A stretch of 62,196 bases of DNA, counting the filler, from Sphacelaria rigidula (Eukaryota): the NCBI GenBank assembly GCA_964200075.2. It is 7 parts of 7 records of this genome, joined end to end, with 100 filler letters (N's around TTAATTAATTAA, not from the genome) between each part and the next. Parts side by side here need not be neighbours in the genome. Positions count along the whole stretch, not along the records: positions 53,398 to 62,196 come from CAXNAA020010069.1; 6 more parts are not named here. One strand, given 5' to 3'. A program made the translations under genes and the position numbers. Under the pieces are notes generated by a model that saw only the letters and a program-made list of their open reading frames with translations, searched no databases and was not told the origin of the DNA. Shown one piece after another: positions 61,180 through 62,196 of this stretch; position 1 is the stretch's first letter; every line of letters starts with the position of its first letter.

Positions 61180-61910
61180 CATGGATATTCATGTGGGATA
61201 TCCATCTTCGATATCATACCCACTATCTGGGATATCCATGTGAGATATCCATCCATGTGAGGTATCTATCTATCTGGGATGTCATATACTTCTGGAACAT
61301 TCGTCAAGGCTTTCCAGTTGGGACTTTAATGGTAGTCAGTCCGTACCTAACAGCCTTAATGTCGGAATCACAACCTCAAAGAGGACAGCCTCAACGCCGG
61401 AACCCTGGTCCAAAAGGCAGTATGGGATGGAGGTTCCAGCGATTGAAGTTGATAGTTTGAGTTTCCCCGAAATATCAGGTGGGCGTTCCAGTCGCGCATG
61501 GAGAGCTCACACGGAATATTCAAACGTAGATCTCAGATCGATATCCTGTATGGACGTCCCCCATATTGAAACCCAAGGTGTACATGCCAGGAGACCAGGA
61601 GGATGTTCCAGGTGGATATCCATATCCCAGGTGGGGCTTCATCTGGGACATCTCAGATTCAAATGGGCGGCTAAAATTGATTGGACGTCCCAGATCGACA
61701 CCTAAAATGAACATCCCAGATGGGTATCTGCGTCCCAGATAGACACCCCACAATGTTATCCCGGATGGATCACCGCCATCTCAGATGGGTATCCCATACC
61801 GATATCCCTGGGATAGATATCTACATTCCAGCTGGATGTCCCAAGTGGATGTGGATATCCCACATGAATATCCATATCCGGTAGGGATAGCTGTGTCCCA
61901 GATGGATATA
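61180..61910. repeat. GGATATCC-rich degenerate repeat region
   Basis: Same motif vocabulary and left/right strand switch as 53875-54970. Confidence 0.6.
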
Positions 61911-62196
61911 TCATAGGTTCTTTTCCGTCAAAAGTTTCCCCCAAGCCTGGTCCGGCGATAACCCGGCGTGCTCCGTCCCGGCTTTGTAGGGGCGGACCCC
62001 CGATGGGGTTGGCGTCGGTTGGCGATGACGCATAAAAACCACGCCACTCACCGCGTAAGCTAGGCAACCAGGTTACCGATAGTTTTTGCGCACTTGCGTT
62101 TTATTTTTGCGGTAACCATGACGGTAGTCGAGCTAGGTCATGTTGTGCGGCGTGGGAGAACCTCAAATCCGCACAATGGGGATGATCGTACCACGT

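Overview
Eukaryotic, intron-rich and repeat-rich DNA, most consistent with a brown alga (Phaeophyceae). This is inferred from stramenopile-type bipartite plastid presequences, Ectocarpus-type adhesin-like exons, long introns and TTAGGG repeats. The window is NOT one locus: seven sequences of 8800, 8800, 8800, 8799, 8799, 8799 and 8799 bp are joined by an artificial N44-TTAATTAATTAA-N44 linker, i.e. size-sorted unplaced contigs, so adjacency across linkers is meaningless. Contig 1: three spliced exons of a PPR gene (-) and a Copia remnant. Contig 2: five exons of PEP carboxylase (-) with MITE-filled introns and a probable GC-AG intron. Contig 3: a decayed chromodomain-bearing Ty3/Gypsy element lacking RNase H. 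Contig 4: last exon of a Gfo/Idh/MocA oxidoreductase (+) and a complete intronless thiamine pyrophosphokinase with a plastid-type presequence (-). Contig 5: first two exons of a plastid sigma factor (+). Contig 6: a head-to-head pair of adhesin-like first exons, flanked by two copies of a TGT...ACA (Ginger-like) MITE carrying telomeric repeats, plus SINEs with nested MITEs. Contig 7: a decayed LINE, a SINE and GGATATCC-rich repeats. Most notable: the telomere-repeat MITE, the intronless and possibly dual-start TPK, and the inverted adhesin pair.
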